From Desulfocapsa sulfexigens DSM 10523 (lineage in GTDB: Bacteria; Desulfobacterota; Desulfobulbia; Desulfobulbales; Desulfocapsaceae): a stretch of DNA of 32,000 nucleotides. Both the position numbers and the translations under genes were made by a program. The stretch's first letter is position 1, and every line of letters begins with the position of its first letter. A model generated the notes under the pieces. It had not been told where the DNA came from. It did no database searches and worked only from the letters and a program-made list of their open reading frames with translations. Below are positions 1 through 8,469 of this stretch, one piece after another. Location: assembly GCF_000341395.1 (NCBI RefSeq), contig NC_020304.1, positions 1,590,001 through 1,622,000 on the forward strand, written 5' to 3'.

Positions 1-1306
1 GCTTCCCAATCGTAATCTTCTCAATACATATTTTAATGATATCATGGCTGATTTCACGACGGGCTCCGAGAAACTTGTCCTTATGCTGATGGATCTGGAT
101 GATTTTAAAACTGTTAATGATTCACTGGGGCACTCCGTTGGCGACTCCCTCCTGCAAGCTGTAGGCGAGCGGTTAAAAGACTGTATATACCAAGAGGATA
201 TGCTTGTCAGAATGGGGGGAGATGAATTTGTCATAGTTCCACGGCATATATGTACCAATGACCATATAGAGGCCATGGCGTCCCATGTTCTGGATAGTTT
301 TATTGCACCGTTTGATCTCCAGGAGCAGGAAGTATTTATCACGGCCAGTATAGGGATAGCTGTATTTCCCGAGGATGGGGAAACATTGGAGGAACTCTTG
401 CGCAATGTTGATTCCGCCATGTATCAGTCCAAAAACAAGGGACGCAATACTGTGGAGCGCTACAGTGGGCGGTTAAGCGAGGCTTTAAACGAAAAGCTGC
501 GCTTAACAGCTATGCTGCGACGTGCCCTGGAACAGAAGGAATACCTTCTGTACTACCAGCCACAGCAGGAGCTGGCAACGGGCAAGGTAGAGTGTTTTGA
601 AGCATTATTACGTTGGCAGCCACAAAGTGAGGCGATGATTTTTCCCGATAAATTTATTCCTATTCTTGAAGAAACGGGCATGATCGTGTCTGTGGGAGAA
701 TGGGTGCTACGGGAGGTGTGTTTCCAGGTGACGTGTTGGCAAACAAAAGGTATTGCCATTCAACATGCCTCGGTGAATGTTTCACTCAGACAGTTTCAGC
801 GGCCTGATATCGTAAAAGAGTTGCTCTCTATTGTCACTGAGAGCGGCGTTGATCCTTCTATTATCTGTCTTGAGCTTACAGAGAGCATAATGATGGATAA
901 TTTCAGAGAAAACCTGCATAAATTGCAAGCATTACGAACGGCTGGGTTTTCTGTTTCTATTGACGATTTTGGCACAGGTTACTCGTCTTTAAATTATCTG
1001 CGGCGCATGCAGATTCAGGAGTTGAAGATTGACCGTTCATTTATCAATGCGTTATCAGAAGACACAACTCTGGTAAACGCCATCCTCGGTATGGCCCGAG
1101 GTCTTGGGTTGAGGATTGTGGCGGAAGGTGTGGAAACCGAGGAACAGAAAAGTTTTCTAAGAGCTCATAACTGCGAATTCATGCAAGGATACCTGCTGAG
1201 TCGTCCACTTCCGGCTGAACAATTTGAGGCCTTTATCCTTTCCCTTGGGGCTGCGACAACCGACAACCCGCAACAACTTAAAAAAAACGTTAAAATTAGC
1301 AGATGA
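1..1306 (+). CDS. GGDEF/EAL dual-domain c-di-GMP signalling protein, 5' end cut by the window edge
   Basis: The frame is open from nt 2 (LPNRNLLNTYFNDI precedes the ATG at 44), which is the usual entry into a GGDEF domain. Motifs: RMGGDEFVIV, ECFEALLRW (EAL), DDFGTGYSSL, KIDRSF. Stop TGA at 1304-1306. Confidence 0.93.
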   Translation, partial: LPNRNLLNTYFNDIMADFTTGSEKLVLMLMDLDDFKTVNDSLGHSVGDSLLQAVGERLKDCIYQEDMLVRMGGDEFVIVPRHICTNDHIEAMASHVLDSFIAPFDLQEQEVFITASIGIAVFPEDGETLEELLRNVDSAMYQSKNKGRNTVERYSGRLSEALNEKLRLTAMLRRALEQKEYLLYYQPQQELATGKVECFEALLRWQPQSEAMIFPDKFIPILEETGMIVSVGEWVLREVCFQVTCWQTKGIAIQHASVNVSLRQFQRPDIVKELLSIVTESGVDPSIICLELTESIMMDNFRENLHKLQALRTAGFSVSIDDFGTGYSSLNYLRRMQIQELKIDRSFINALSEDTTLVNAILGMARGLGLRIVAEGVETEEQKSFLRAHNCEFMQGYLLSRPLPAEQFEAFILSLGAATTDNPQQLKKNVKISR

Positions 1307-1454
1307 GCGCATGTACCAAGATAAGGCGTCACGAAAAGCAGGCAAAATGGTGTTATGAGTCGGCCAAGGCTTTTACCAAAGGAAAATACATCCTGTGCCT
1401 TCTCCAGTCCACGACCTTTGGTGAATCGGGAAAAATGTCTTTGTAAGAATTTGG

Positions 1455-2858
1455 ATGATGGCTGGTAAAACGAACATAGCGTTTTCGGTGCTCTTCTTTG
1501 TTGTCCTTTTTGGGGGCACCGAGGCTGTCCAGCAGGTTGAAGCCCATCCTTTGGGCGGAGTGCTACAAAAAACCGTGCTCTCTGATCTCACTAACGCCGT
1601 TCTGATAGAATACAACACCCATATTGGATCGGAAGTGGTATTGACTTTGCATCCAGACAAAAATTTTGACGGGGCCCTGGACGAGAAAGAAACGGCTCAA
1701 TTCCTCGATCGTGTCAATTATCTTCTTCTTGGAAATATTACCTGTCGGGTGGGAAAGAGAGAACTTGCGCTCCAGGAGATGAACAGACAGCTAACCCTCG
1801 AAGATCCTGCAGATTTTAAAAACGGTCTGAACGTTCAATTTACCTGGCGTGTTTCGTTGATGGAAGACGGCAAGTTACCCAAGGGCCTTTTCAGCATTAA
1901 AGACAACAACTTCAGGGCGGGCGAGTTGAACCGACTCAATTACTTTGTGACTGTCCTGGGTGATAGCGGCCAAACGACCCTTGCCGATGAGGGACGGGAA
2001 CTGATCTGGGACCTGGCTGCCCTAAGACTGGTATCTCAGGACTCGTACCTTCCCCCCCCTTCTTTTCAGGCTGTCGGAGTAACAACCGGAACGACGAACA
2101 ATGAAGGAGAAACCGGCAAGGAAACAGACGCTCTCAAGGCTCTATTTCCTGCCTCGAATGGAAGCTACGGTCTCTACCTGCTTGGGCTGTTTTCCGCCTT
2201 TATTCTAGGATCTTTTCATGCTTTGAGTCCTGGCCATGGCAAATCCATGGTAGCGGCATATCTTTTGGGTTCGCAGGGCCGAATCATCGATGCCATAAAC
2301 TTGGGTCTTGTTGTAACGGCGACACACGTCTTCTCCGTTATTGTTCTCGGCTTACTTGCTCTGACCTTGTCACGCTATACGTTGTCGCAAAACTTTTTCC
2401 CCTGGCTCGGAGTTGCCTCAGGGGCTCTTGTCTTTCTGACCGGGTATTTTATATTGGCAAGGATGGCATTTGCCACAAGTCACCATCACGAGCACCATCA
2501 CGATAATCCTATTGAAAAAACTTATGATCATTCGCTGAAAGAGGTCGTCTCCCTGGGAATTGCAGGCGGTCTTGCTCCCTGTCCCAGTGCCATCGTAGTT
2601 CTGTTGTTTGCTATTTCCGTCAATCGTATTGCAACGGGTCTTCTGATAATTCTGAGTTTCAGCCTGGGGCTTGCTGTCGTGCTTATTCTCATCGGTATAT
2701 TGTCGGTTACTGCCTCCAGGCGTATTACAGGGTTTGGTTCCAATGTCGGCTGGATTAAGCGTCTTCCGGTCTTCAGTGCCGGTATCATCATGGTGCTTGG
2801 CGTTATTATCGGCTTGAATGCGTTGAGGCAAGCCGGTATCTTAACCTTAACCTTCTGA
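1455..2858 (+). CDS. Nickel/cobalt transporter: NicO/RcnA-type permease fused to an N-terminal periplasmic domain
   Basis: Signal-like N-terminus, then a ~230-aa soluble region beginning AHPLGG. The permease half has the NicO signature HALSPGHGKS, a His-rich loop SHHHEHHHD, a second conserved motif GGLAPCPSA and multiple TM helices. Confidence 0.85.
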   Translation: MMAGKTNIAFSVLFFVVLFGGTEAVQQVEAHPLGGVLQKTVLSDLTNAVLIEYNTHIGSEVVLTLHPDKNFDGALDEKETAQFLDRVNYLLLGNITCRVGKRELALQEMNRQLTLEDPADFKNGLNVQFTWRVSLMEDGKLPKGLFSIKDNNFRAGELNRLNYFVTVLGDSGQTTLADEGRELIWDLAALRLVSQDSYLPPPSFQAVGVTTGTTNNEGETGKETDALKALFPASNGSYGLYLLGLFSAFILGSFHALSPGHGKSMVAAYLLGSQGRIIDAINLGLVVTATHVFSVIVLGLLALTLSRYTLSQNFFPWLGVASGALVFLTGYFILARMAFATSHHHEHHHDNPIEKTYDHSLKEVVSLGIAGGLAPCPSAIVVLLFAISVNRIATGLLIILSFSLGLAVVLILIGILSVTASRRITGFGSNVGWIKRLPVFSAGIIMVLGVIIGLNALRQAGILTLTF

Positions 2859-3040
2859 GCCATCGCCAAAAGGAACGGATTGATCCTGCCCCAATTTTGT
2901 AAAGTCATAATTAAGCAAACCAAGTCTTGCTGATGCCTCGTTCTTAAAATAAACATGATTGGTATAACTCGTGCGGGGGTACTTGGGATATTGCCGTATT
3001 CCTTTGTATTCAAAAGCGCAGCTGTCGCTATTGTTTTGTT

Positions 3041-3478
3041 ATGTCGACATATTTTGTGATGTTTTATTTGTTTTTAATCGTTTTTATAGTTAATGTGATC
3101 CAAATCGAAAGCTCAGCTCATGTCAGCGTGAACCCCAGTCAGAAAGCTAAAATGGTCAAATCTTATACCGTAACCATACTTAATCATGATTTGAAGGTTT
3201 CCTGTCAACGAGGTTACAGCCTGTTGAACAATTTCCTGATAAATAATGCTCCTATCCATACAACCTGTGGTGGCCATGCTAACTGTGGATGTTGCCGGAT
3301 AAGGATTTTGGAAGGAGAAAAAGGATTAACCCAGCCAAACGAACGAGAAGTGAAACGACTCGGTAAAGATCTTATCTCACAAGGTTGGAGACTTTCATGC
3401 CAAACACACAGTTTGCGTGATATTACAGTTCACATGCCAACAAGTAATGAGTTGGATCCAGAGTGTTCAAAAAAGTAG
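3041..3478 (+). CDS. 2Fe-2S ferredoxin-like (fer2) domain protein
   Basis: Cys motif CGGHANCGCC (C-x5-C-x2-C) plus the distal RLSCQ Cys, typical of plant-type/NqrF-type fer2 domains. The start is uncertain: ATG 3041 gives a hydrophobic N-terminal extension, and GTG 3128 or ATG 3152 (MVKSYTVTIL) are alternatives. No clear SD at any of them. G+C is lower than the flanks. Confidence 0.7.
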   Translation: MSTYFVMFYLFLIVFIVNVIQIESSAHVSVNPSQKAKMVKSYTVTILNHDLKVSCQRGYSLLNNFLINNAPIHTTCGGHANCGCCRIRILEGEKGLTQPNEREVKRLGKDLISQGWRLSCQTHSLRDITVHMPTSNELDPECSKK

Positions 3479-3497
3479 CGATCAAAAGAACTGAACA

Positions 3498-3725
3498 TCA
3501 AAAGGGAATGAGCTGATCGCTCACCTCTCCCATCATCAACAGTATCACTATCAAGACCAGCCAAATTTTCAGTCTGAAAATCACCAAGAAAATCAACCTG
3601 CTCCTGTGTACCAGCATCAAGAAAACCAGCGTATATCTCAGTAGTTTTTTAATTAAGAATTGTAGCAGTCTTTTCTTTTCCCACCTTCTGCTGTCGATGA
3701 CCAGTGATAAGCTTTCCAGTTTCAC
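3498..3725 (-). CDS. Hypothetical small hydrophobic protein (75 aa), doubtful
   Basis: GTG start preceded by AAGGA 4 nt upstream on the minus strand. The translation is strongly hydrophobic, and an open frame of 75 codons is somewhat unexpected in AT-rich DNA. No recognisable motif. Confidence 0.25.
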   Translation of the reverse strand: MKLESLSLVIDSRRWEKKRLLQFLIKKLLRYTLVFLMLVHRSRLIFLVIFRLKIWLVLIVILLMMGEVSDQLIPF

Positions 3726-3980
3726 ATAATCCTTAAACGCAACCTGTCTACTGTTGCTCTTAAATAGTTAAGATTGCAAAGGGCTTCCTTCTGATGTCTT
3801 TCTAAAAAGTCTGTCAAAGACATTTCAGGTATGCTTTAATGAACGGATAAACATTGTAGCAGAGAAGAAGCGCGAATAGTCTCGCATTCTGCCTCCCTGT
3901 TCACTTAAGCTTGTCAGAAATATTCAGTTTCGTGATAAGAATTTGTTGGATTTGAAAATCAATAATGGGAGCATCAACCA

Positions 3981-4988
3981 ATGCCTTCTTTAGATTTTGA
4001 AAAAGAAAAACAAAGGTTTCTCAATTACGCTAGTGACAATATCGAATTGTTACGTAACGCTGAATCGTCATTTTCGACTCTAATTAAATCACTCCTGGCC
4101 ACCTCTTCAGAACTCTCTGCATCAACCGTTACATCTCGCGTCAAAGGTCTCGAAGAATGCATCAGTAAATTTTCAAGAAAATACCAGTCAGAACTTGAAG
4201 AAGAAAAAAAAGAATATGAAATTAAAGATTATATAACTGATTTAATTGGCATAAGAATCATCTGTCTTTATGAAAAAAATATTCAAGAAATTGGAAAAAT
4301 CCTGATGGATAATTTGTGTCTAATTGATTCAACAGACAAATCTCGACTACTGGAACAAACAGAAAATTCTTTTGGCTACAAAGGCTTACATCTAGATCTA
4401 AAGCTTGATTCAACAAGAGAAATTATGCCTGAGTACCGTATTTATAAAGACATAAATTTTGAGGTACAAATACGGACAATTATACAGGATGCCTGGAGCG
4501 TTCTTGATCATAAAATTAAATATAAGAAATCAATACCACATGTGCTAAAGCGCAGGATAAACAGTCTTGCAGCTCTTTTTGAGACAGCCGACAGAGAATT
4601 TTTCAGTATTCGTGAAGAAACAGAAAAACTTGAGAAGATTACCAAGGAAAAAATCAACACCAACGAAAATGAGACATTAAACGTTTTCCATTTTGAAAAG
4701 ATTGCAGAACAGTATTTCCCTGAATTTCATTTTTCATCACGAAAAATTGATGCCCTCGTTGATGAAATATTGAATCACAAAAAAATTACGGAAGTGTATT
4801 TTAAGAAACTCATTAAACAAAATATAGAAACAGTACTTAACTACGAAGAGTTTCTTAAAGGCCAGCATCTTCTGACACCGTATACAATAATACGGCACAC
4901 CCTATACTATGGGGATAAAAAGGCATTTACTCGTATACTTTATGAGTACCAAAGAAAGGCATTTGACAAATGGCTTGAAAACCAATGA
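3981..4988 (+). CDS. RelA/SpoT-homologue (small alarmone synthetase / toxSAS-like nucleotide pyrophosphokinase) with C-terminal extension
   Basis: Synthetase-domain motifs in the canonical order: SRVKGLEECISKFSRK, DLIGIRIICLY, GYKGLHLDLKL, FEVQIRTIIQDAWSVLDHKIKYK. GGGAG SD 9 nt upstream of the ATG. About 120 aa follow the catalytic core with no recognisable motif. A hand count of the first 100 nt gives 34 G+C. Confidence 0.9.
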   Translation: MPSLDFEKEKQRFLNYASDNIELLRNAESSFSTLIKSLLATSSELSASTVTSRVKGLEECISKFSRKYQSELEEEKKEYEIKDYITDLIGIRIICLYEKNIQEIGKILMDNLCLIDSTDKSRLLEQTENSFGYKGLHLDLKLDSTREIMPEYRIYKDINFEVQIRTIIQDAWSVLDHKIKYKKSIPHVLKRRINSLAALFETADREFFSIREETEKLEKITKEKINTNENETLNVFHFEKIAEQYFPEFHFSSRKIDALVDEILNHKKITEVYFKKLIKQNIETVLNYEEFLKGQHLLTPYTIIRHTLYYGDKKAFTRILYEYQRKAFDKWLENQ

Positions 4989-5219
4989 AAAAAATCTAAT
5001 CGAGGGGGCTCATGCCTCTTTATTGCAGATGGTACACTATAGTTATTGGACTGATTCGTAGCTGTGTGATGCGGTTTTGTAGATACAAAATTAGTCTCTC
5101 TTTTTCCTCCTAACTATCCTCTCAGTATGAGGCGTGACGAAAACTGTGGAGGGAGAAAGAACAGGTGGGTACTGTAATAGGTACTGCAACATTTCTCTTT
5201 TCAGATAAGGACTATAATC

Positions 5220-6158
5220 GTGCGTTATTTTCTCCTTCTCATTTTTATATCGCTTACGGCCTGTGACAGCCGTCCCCAAAATATCGCTCTGGGTACATTG
5301 GAGAGAGACCGTATTGCTCATACAGCCACAACTAATGAAATTGTGGTGGCATTGCCAGTTTTGCAGGGCAGTGAAGTGAAAAAAGGTACTCTCCTGGTAA
5401 AGCTGGATGACACCCTGCAACAGACGCAGGTCAGCAAGGCTGAAGCAGAGGTTGCTCAAGCTGAAGCGAATCTTGAAAAATTACGCAACGGCGCCCGACT
5501 GGAAGAAGTTGCGGCCGCAAGGGCTAAAGTTGAAGGGGCAAAAGCAGTGCTGGTTGAAAATGAAGCGAATTATGAACGTTCACTGAAACTGATAAAATAC
5601 AGCGTAATCAGCCAGGCCACTCTGGAAAGTGCATTGGCATCGCGTGATTCCAGCCTTGCAAGTTTGCAGAGTGCTCAGGAGGAATTGCATGAGTTAACAA
5701 GTGGTACACGCGAGGAGGACTTGCGTGCAGCCGAGGCTCGTTTGGATGCCGTTATTGCAAGCTTGGCAGGTGAAAAGAAAAAGTTAGCTGACTTAAGCGT
5801 CAGGGCTACCCGGGATGGGCTCCTTGATGATCTTCCCTGGAATCTTGGAGAACGGGTAACTGCAGGTAGTCCTCTGGCAATAGTCCTTGCAGGTAAGGCT
5901 CCTTTTGCCCGAATTTATGTTCCCGAACCTTACCGCGTAAAAGTAAAAGTCGGAGACACCTTAGTTGTACATGTTGACGGTCTTGAAAAAACACTCAATG
6001 GCAAATTGCGCTGGATTGCAACTGAACCCGCCTTTACACCTTACTACGCGCTAAATCAGGAAGAACGTTCACGTCTGATGTATTTAGCGGAAGTACAATT
6101 ACAAGACAGTGAAGCCTATCTACCTAATGGGGTGCCTGCACAAGTAGAGCTACCATGA
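5220..6158 (+). CDS. HlyD-family membrane fusion protein (lipoprotein) of an ABC-2 exporter
   Basis: GTG start with AAGGA SD. Lipobox LTAC. Long Ala/Glu-rich coiled-coil segment flanked by beta-barrel-like ends, as in YbhG/HlyD proteins. The stop overlaps the next gene (ATGA). Confidence 0.88.
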   Translation: MRYFLLLIFISLTACDSRPQNIALGTLERDRIAHTATTNEIVVALPVLQGSEVKKGTLLVKLDDTLQQTQVSKAEAEVAQAEANLEKLRNGARLEEVAAARAKVEGAKAVLVENEANYERSLKLIKYSVISQATLESALASRDSSLASLQSAQEELHELTSGTREEDLRAAEARLDAVIASLAGEKKKLADLSVRATRDGLLDDLPWNLGERVTAGSPLAIVLAGKAPFARIYVPEPYRVKVKVGDTLVVHVDGLEKTLNGKLRWIATEPAFTPYYALNQEERSRLMYLAEVQLQDSEAYLPNGVPAQVELP

Positions 6159-7081
6159 GCGAATATGCAATAAAGGCTTCAAAGTTAAGTCGAAATTTTG
6201 GGAACCTGAAAGCAATAAAAGAGCTGGATCTCGAGGTTGAAAGAGGCCTGATTTATGGTTTTCTAGGTCCCAATGGCTGTGGTAAAACCACAGCCATTCG
6301 TTTGTTGACCGGCTTATTGAAACCCAGTTCTGGCGAAATTCAGGTTTTAGGATTGAAGCTTCCACAGGATGCAGAAAAACTCCGCCTCCATATTGGTTAT
6401 ATGACCCAGAAGTTCTCTCTCTATGATGACTTGACAGTAAAAGAAAATTTACAATTTGTCGCAAAAATATATAGTCTGTCTGGTAATTTACGAAAGAAAC
6501 GCATAGATGAACTGTTGAATATCTATGGCCTGGATCAAAGAACAAATCAGCTGGCTGGAAGTATGAGTGGTGGGCAGAAGCAACGTCTTGGCCTGGCTGC
6601 TGCTACATTGCATAAACCTGAGTTATTGTTTTTAGATGAGCCCACTTCGGCTGTTGATCCTGAAAATCGTCGTGAGTTTTGGGAGCAGTTATTTGACTTG
6701 AGTGATCAAGGTATCAGTATACTGGTTTCGACTCATTATATGGATGAAGCTGAACGTTGTCATAAATTGGCGATATTAGAGGCGGGTAATAAGCGTGCAG
6801 ATGGATCGCCAGATGAGTTAATGCGGCAGATGGGGGCACATGTCGTAGAAATAGCCTCATCAAACCTTAGGCAGCTAAAACAGGAATTGGTGATGTTGCC
6901 CGATGTGATTTCTGCTGCCCAGCTTGGAGCACAATTACGAGTTCTGGTCAAAAAAAGCATTCCAGATCCGGTGAAGTTTTTATCCCGACAAAAGAGTGTT
7001 AACCCGGAAGCAAATCTGTCCGTAGTCAGACCAAGCCTGGAAGATGTATTCGTTACCTGTACCGGCAGGGGGAGACAGTGA
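6155..7081 (+). CDS. ABC transporter ATP-binding protein (ABC-2 type)
   Basis: Walker A GPNGCGKTT, signature MSGGQKQRL, Walker B LLFLDEPTS, H-loop STHYMDE. Overlaps both neighbours by 4 nt. Confidence 0.93.
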   Translation: MSEYAIKASKLSRNFGNLKAIKELDLEVERGLIYGFLGPNGCGKTTAIRLLTGLLKPSSGEIQVLGLKLPQDAEKLRLHIGYMTQKFSLYDDLTVKENLQFVAKIYSLSGNLRKKRIDELLNIYGLDQRTNQLAGSMSGGQKQRLGLAAATLHKPELLFLDEPTSAVDPENRREFWEQLFDLSDQGISILVSTHYMDEAERCHKLAILEAGNKRADGSPDELMRQMGAHVVEIASSNLRQLKQELVMLPDVISAAQLGAQLRVLVKKSIPDPVKFLSRQKSVNPEANLSVVRPSLEDVFVTCTGRGRQ

Positions 7082-8223
7082 ACGTTTTATTACGAATTTA
7101 TGCCATCTTCAGCAAAGAACTCACTCAACTTAAGCGTGATAAGATGACCTTTGGTATGGTGATAATGATCCCGTTAATACAGTTGGTTTTATTTGGGTAT
7201 GCCATTAACTCCAACATACGACATATACCTGCAGGCGTGGTGGATGACAGTAAAACCGGGTTAAGTAGAGTCTTGATTCAAACCATCAGTGCAACCCATG
7301 TGGTAAATTTTAAACAACATTATAGTAACGCTCAACAGGCAGAGGAAGCTATTGCACGTGCTGAGGTACGAGCTGTTCTGGTGATACCGAAGGATGTCAG
7401 TCAAAGATTAGTACGACATCAGGCCGTTGGTCTAGGATTGCCACCTTCGAGTGATGAAGAAACCAGTCGCCCGCTTGCACAGTGGGTGGTCGATGGGTCA
7501 GATACGACGATAGCTGCAGCTATAAAAAGCCTGCGAAATATGCCATTGGCTGAATTACTTAGCAAACCCGCAAACCGCAGTACGCCAACTTTTGAAGTGA
7601 CTCTGTTATATAACCCCGAACAACGCAGTGCAGTGAGCATTGTTCCAGGCCTTGTAGCTGTTATTTTAACGATGACCATGATTATGTTTACTTCAGCGGC
7701 CATTGTACGTGAACGTGAACGGGGCAATTTAGAAATGCTGATAACAACCCCTGTTAGGCCCGTTGAATTAATGCTTGGGAAGATTATCCCCTATATGTTT
7801 ATTGGCGCCCTGCAGGTTACGATTATTTTAACTCTTGGGAAAATTGTATTTGATGTGCCAATTAATGGAGGCCTTGGGCAGTTGGCAGGTGCTACCTTCC
7901 TGTTTATCGCCGCAAGCCTCACATTAGGATTAGTTATCTCAACAATAGCCAAAAACCAACTACAATCCACCCAAATGACGATATTTGTATTACTGCCATC
8001 AATACTTTTATCCGGTTTTGTGTTTCCCTACGAAGGTATGCCTGAATTGGCACAACATATTGCAGAAGCATTGCCTGCGACTCATTTTGTGCGCTTGATA
8101 CGTGGTGTGGTTTTACGTGATGTGCAAGTAATTGATATGACTTTTGACGTCTCTTGGCTGGCATTGTTCACATTGGCGGGTTTGGCGGTAGCATCGTTAC
8201 GATTTAAGAAGAACCTGGATTAG
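7078..8223 (+). CDS. ABC-2 family transporter permease
   Basis: GTG start overlapping the ATPase stop (GTGA). One N-terminal TM helix, a large periplasmic loop and then about five C-terminal TM helices, the YbhR/YbhS-like architecture. Confidence 0.9.
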   Translation: MNVLLRIYAIFSKELTQLKRDKMTFGMVIMIPLIQLVLFGYAINSNIRHIPAGVVDDSKTGLSRVLIQTISATHVVNFKQHYSNAQQAEEAIARAEVRAVLVIPKDVSQRLVRHQAVGLGLPPSSDEETSRPLAQWVVDGSDTTIAAAIKSLRNMPLAELLSKPANRSTPTFEVTLLYNPEQRSAVSIVPGLVAVILTMTMIMFTSAAIVRERERGNLEMLITTPVRPVELMLGKIIPYMFIGALQVTIILTLGKIVFDVPINGGLGQLAGATFLFIAASLTLGLVISTIAKNQLQSTQMTIFVLLPSILLSGFVFPYEGMPELAQHIAEALPATHFVRLIRGVVLRDVQVIDMTFDVSWLALFTLAGLAVASLRFKKNLD

Positions 8224-8408
8224 CATATTTAAAGCGATCCAATGATTCCATATTGCTCAATCATAACCCACAAGGTTCCCCGTCGTTATCCGGATTGAAA
8301 GACACCGCCTCCTTTTTTAAGGTTTCATGAAACCAGTATCCAAGGTCGCAAAGGCGAAAACGATTGCTGCAAAAAGAGCCTTTATTGTGTATCAGGAGGT
8401 AATATATT

Positions 8409-8432
8409 ATGTTCATGGTGGAACGGAACTGA
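8409..8432 (+). promoter_or_regulatory. Candidate 7-codon leader peptide (MFMVERN) in the AOR 5' leader
   Basis: Perfect AGGAGG at 8394-8399, 9 nt upstream of ATG 8409. Stop TGA at 8430-8432, 37 nt before the AOR GTG, which has no SD of its own. CCTCCT at 8308-8313 is complementary to this SD. Confidence 0.3.
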
Positions 8433-8469
8433 AGACTTACTACTATTGCTTACCTGAAAAATAAATATC

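Noticed and set aside
44-1306. ATG at 44 as the true start of the GGDEF/EAL gene
   Set aside because: The frame is open back to nt 2. The upstream residues (LPNRNLLNTYF) are the normal beginning of a GGDEF domain, so the gene is truncated by the window edge.
1307-1454. NiCo (czcD-type) riboswitch upstream of the Ni/Co transporter gene
   Set aside because: The 148-nt spacer is AT-rich and shows no obvious multi-stem GC-rich structure. I cannot support the call without cmsearch.
3495-3650. Plus-strand Gln/His-rich reading frame after the ferredoxin-like gene
   Set aside because: There is no ATG, GTG or TTG start near the preceding in-frame TGA (3492-3494). It is probably just the complement of the hydrophobic minus-strand frame.
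5091-5459. 122-aa minus-strand ORF spanning the HlyD start
   Set aside because: It overlaps the well-supported HlyD lipoprotein gene in antisense and has no SD or motif.
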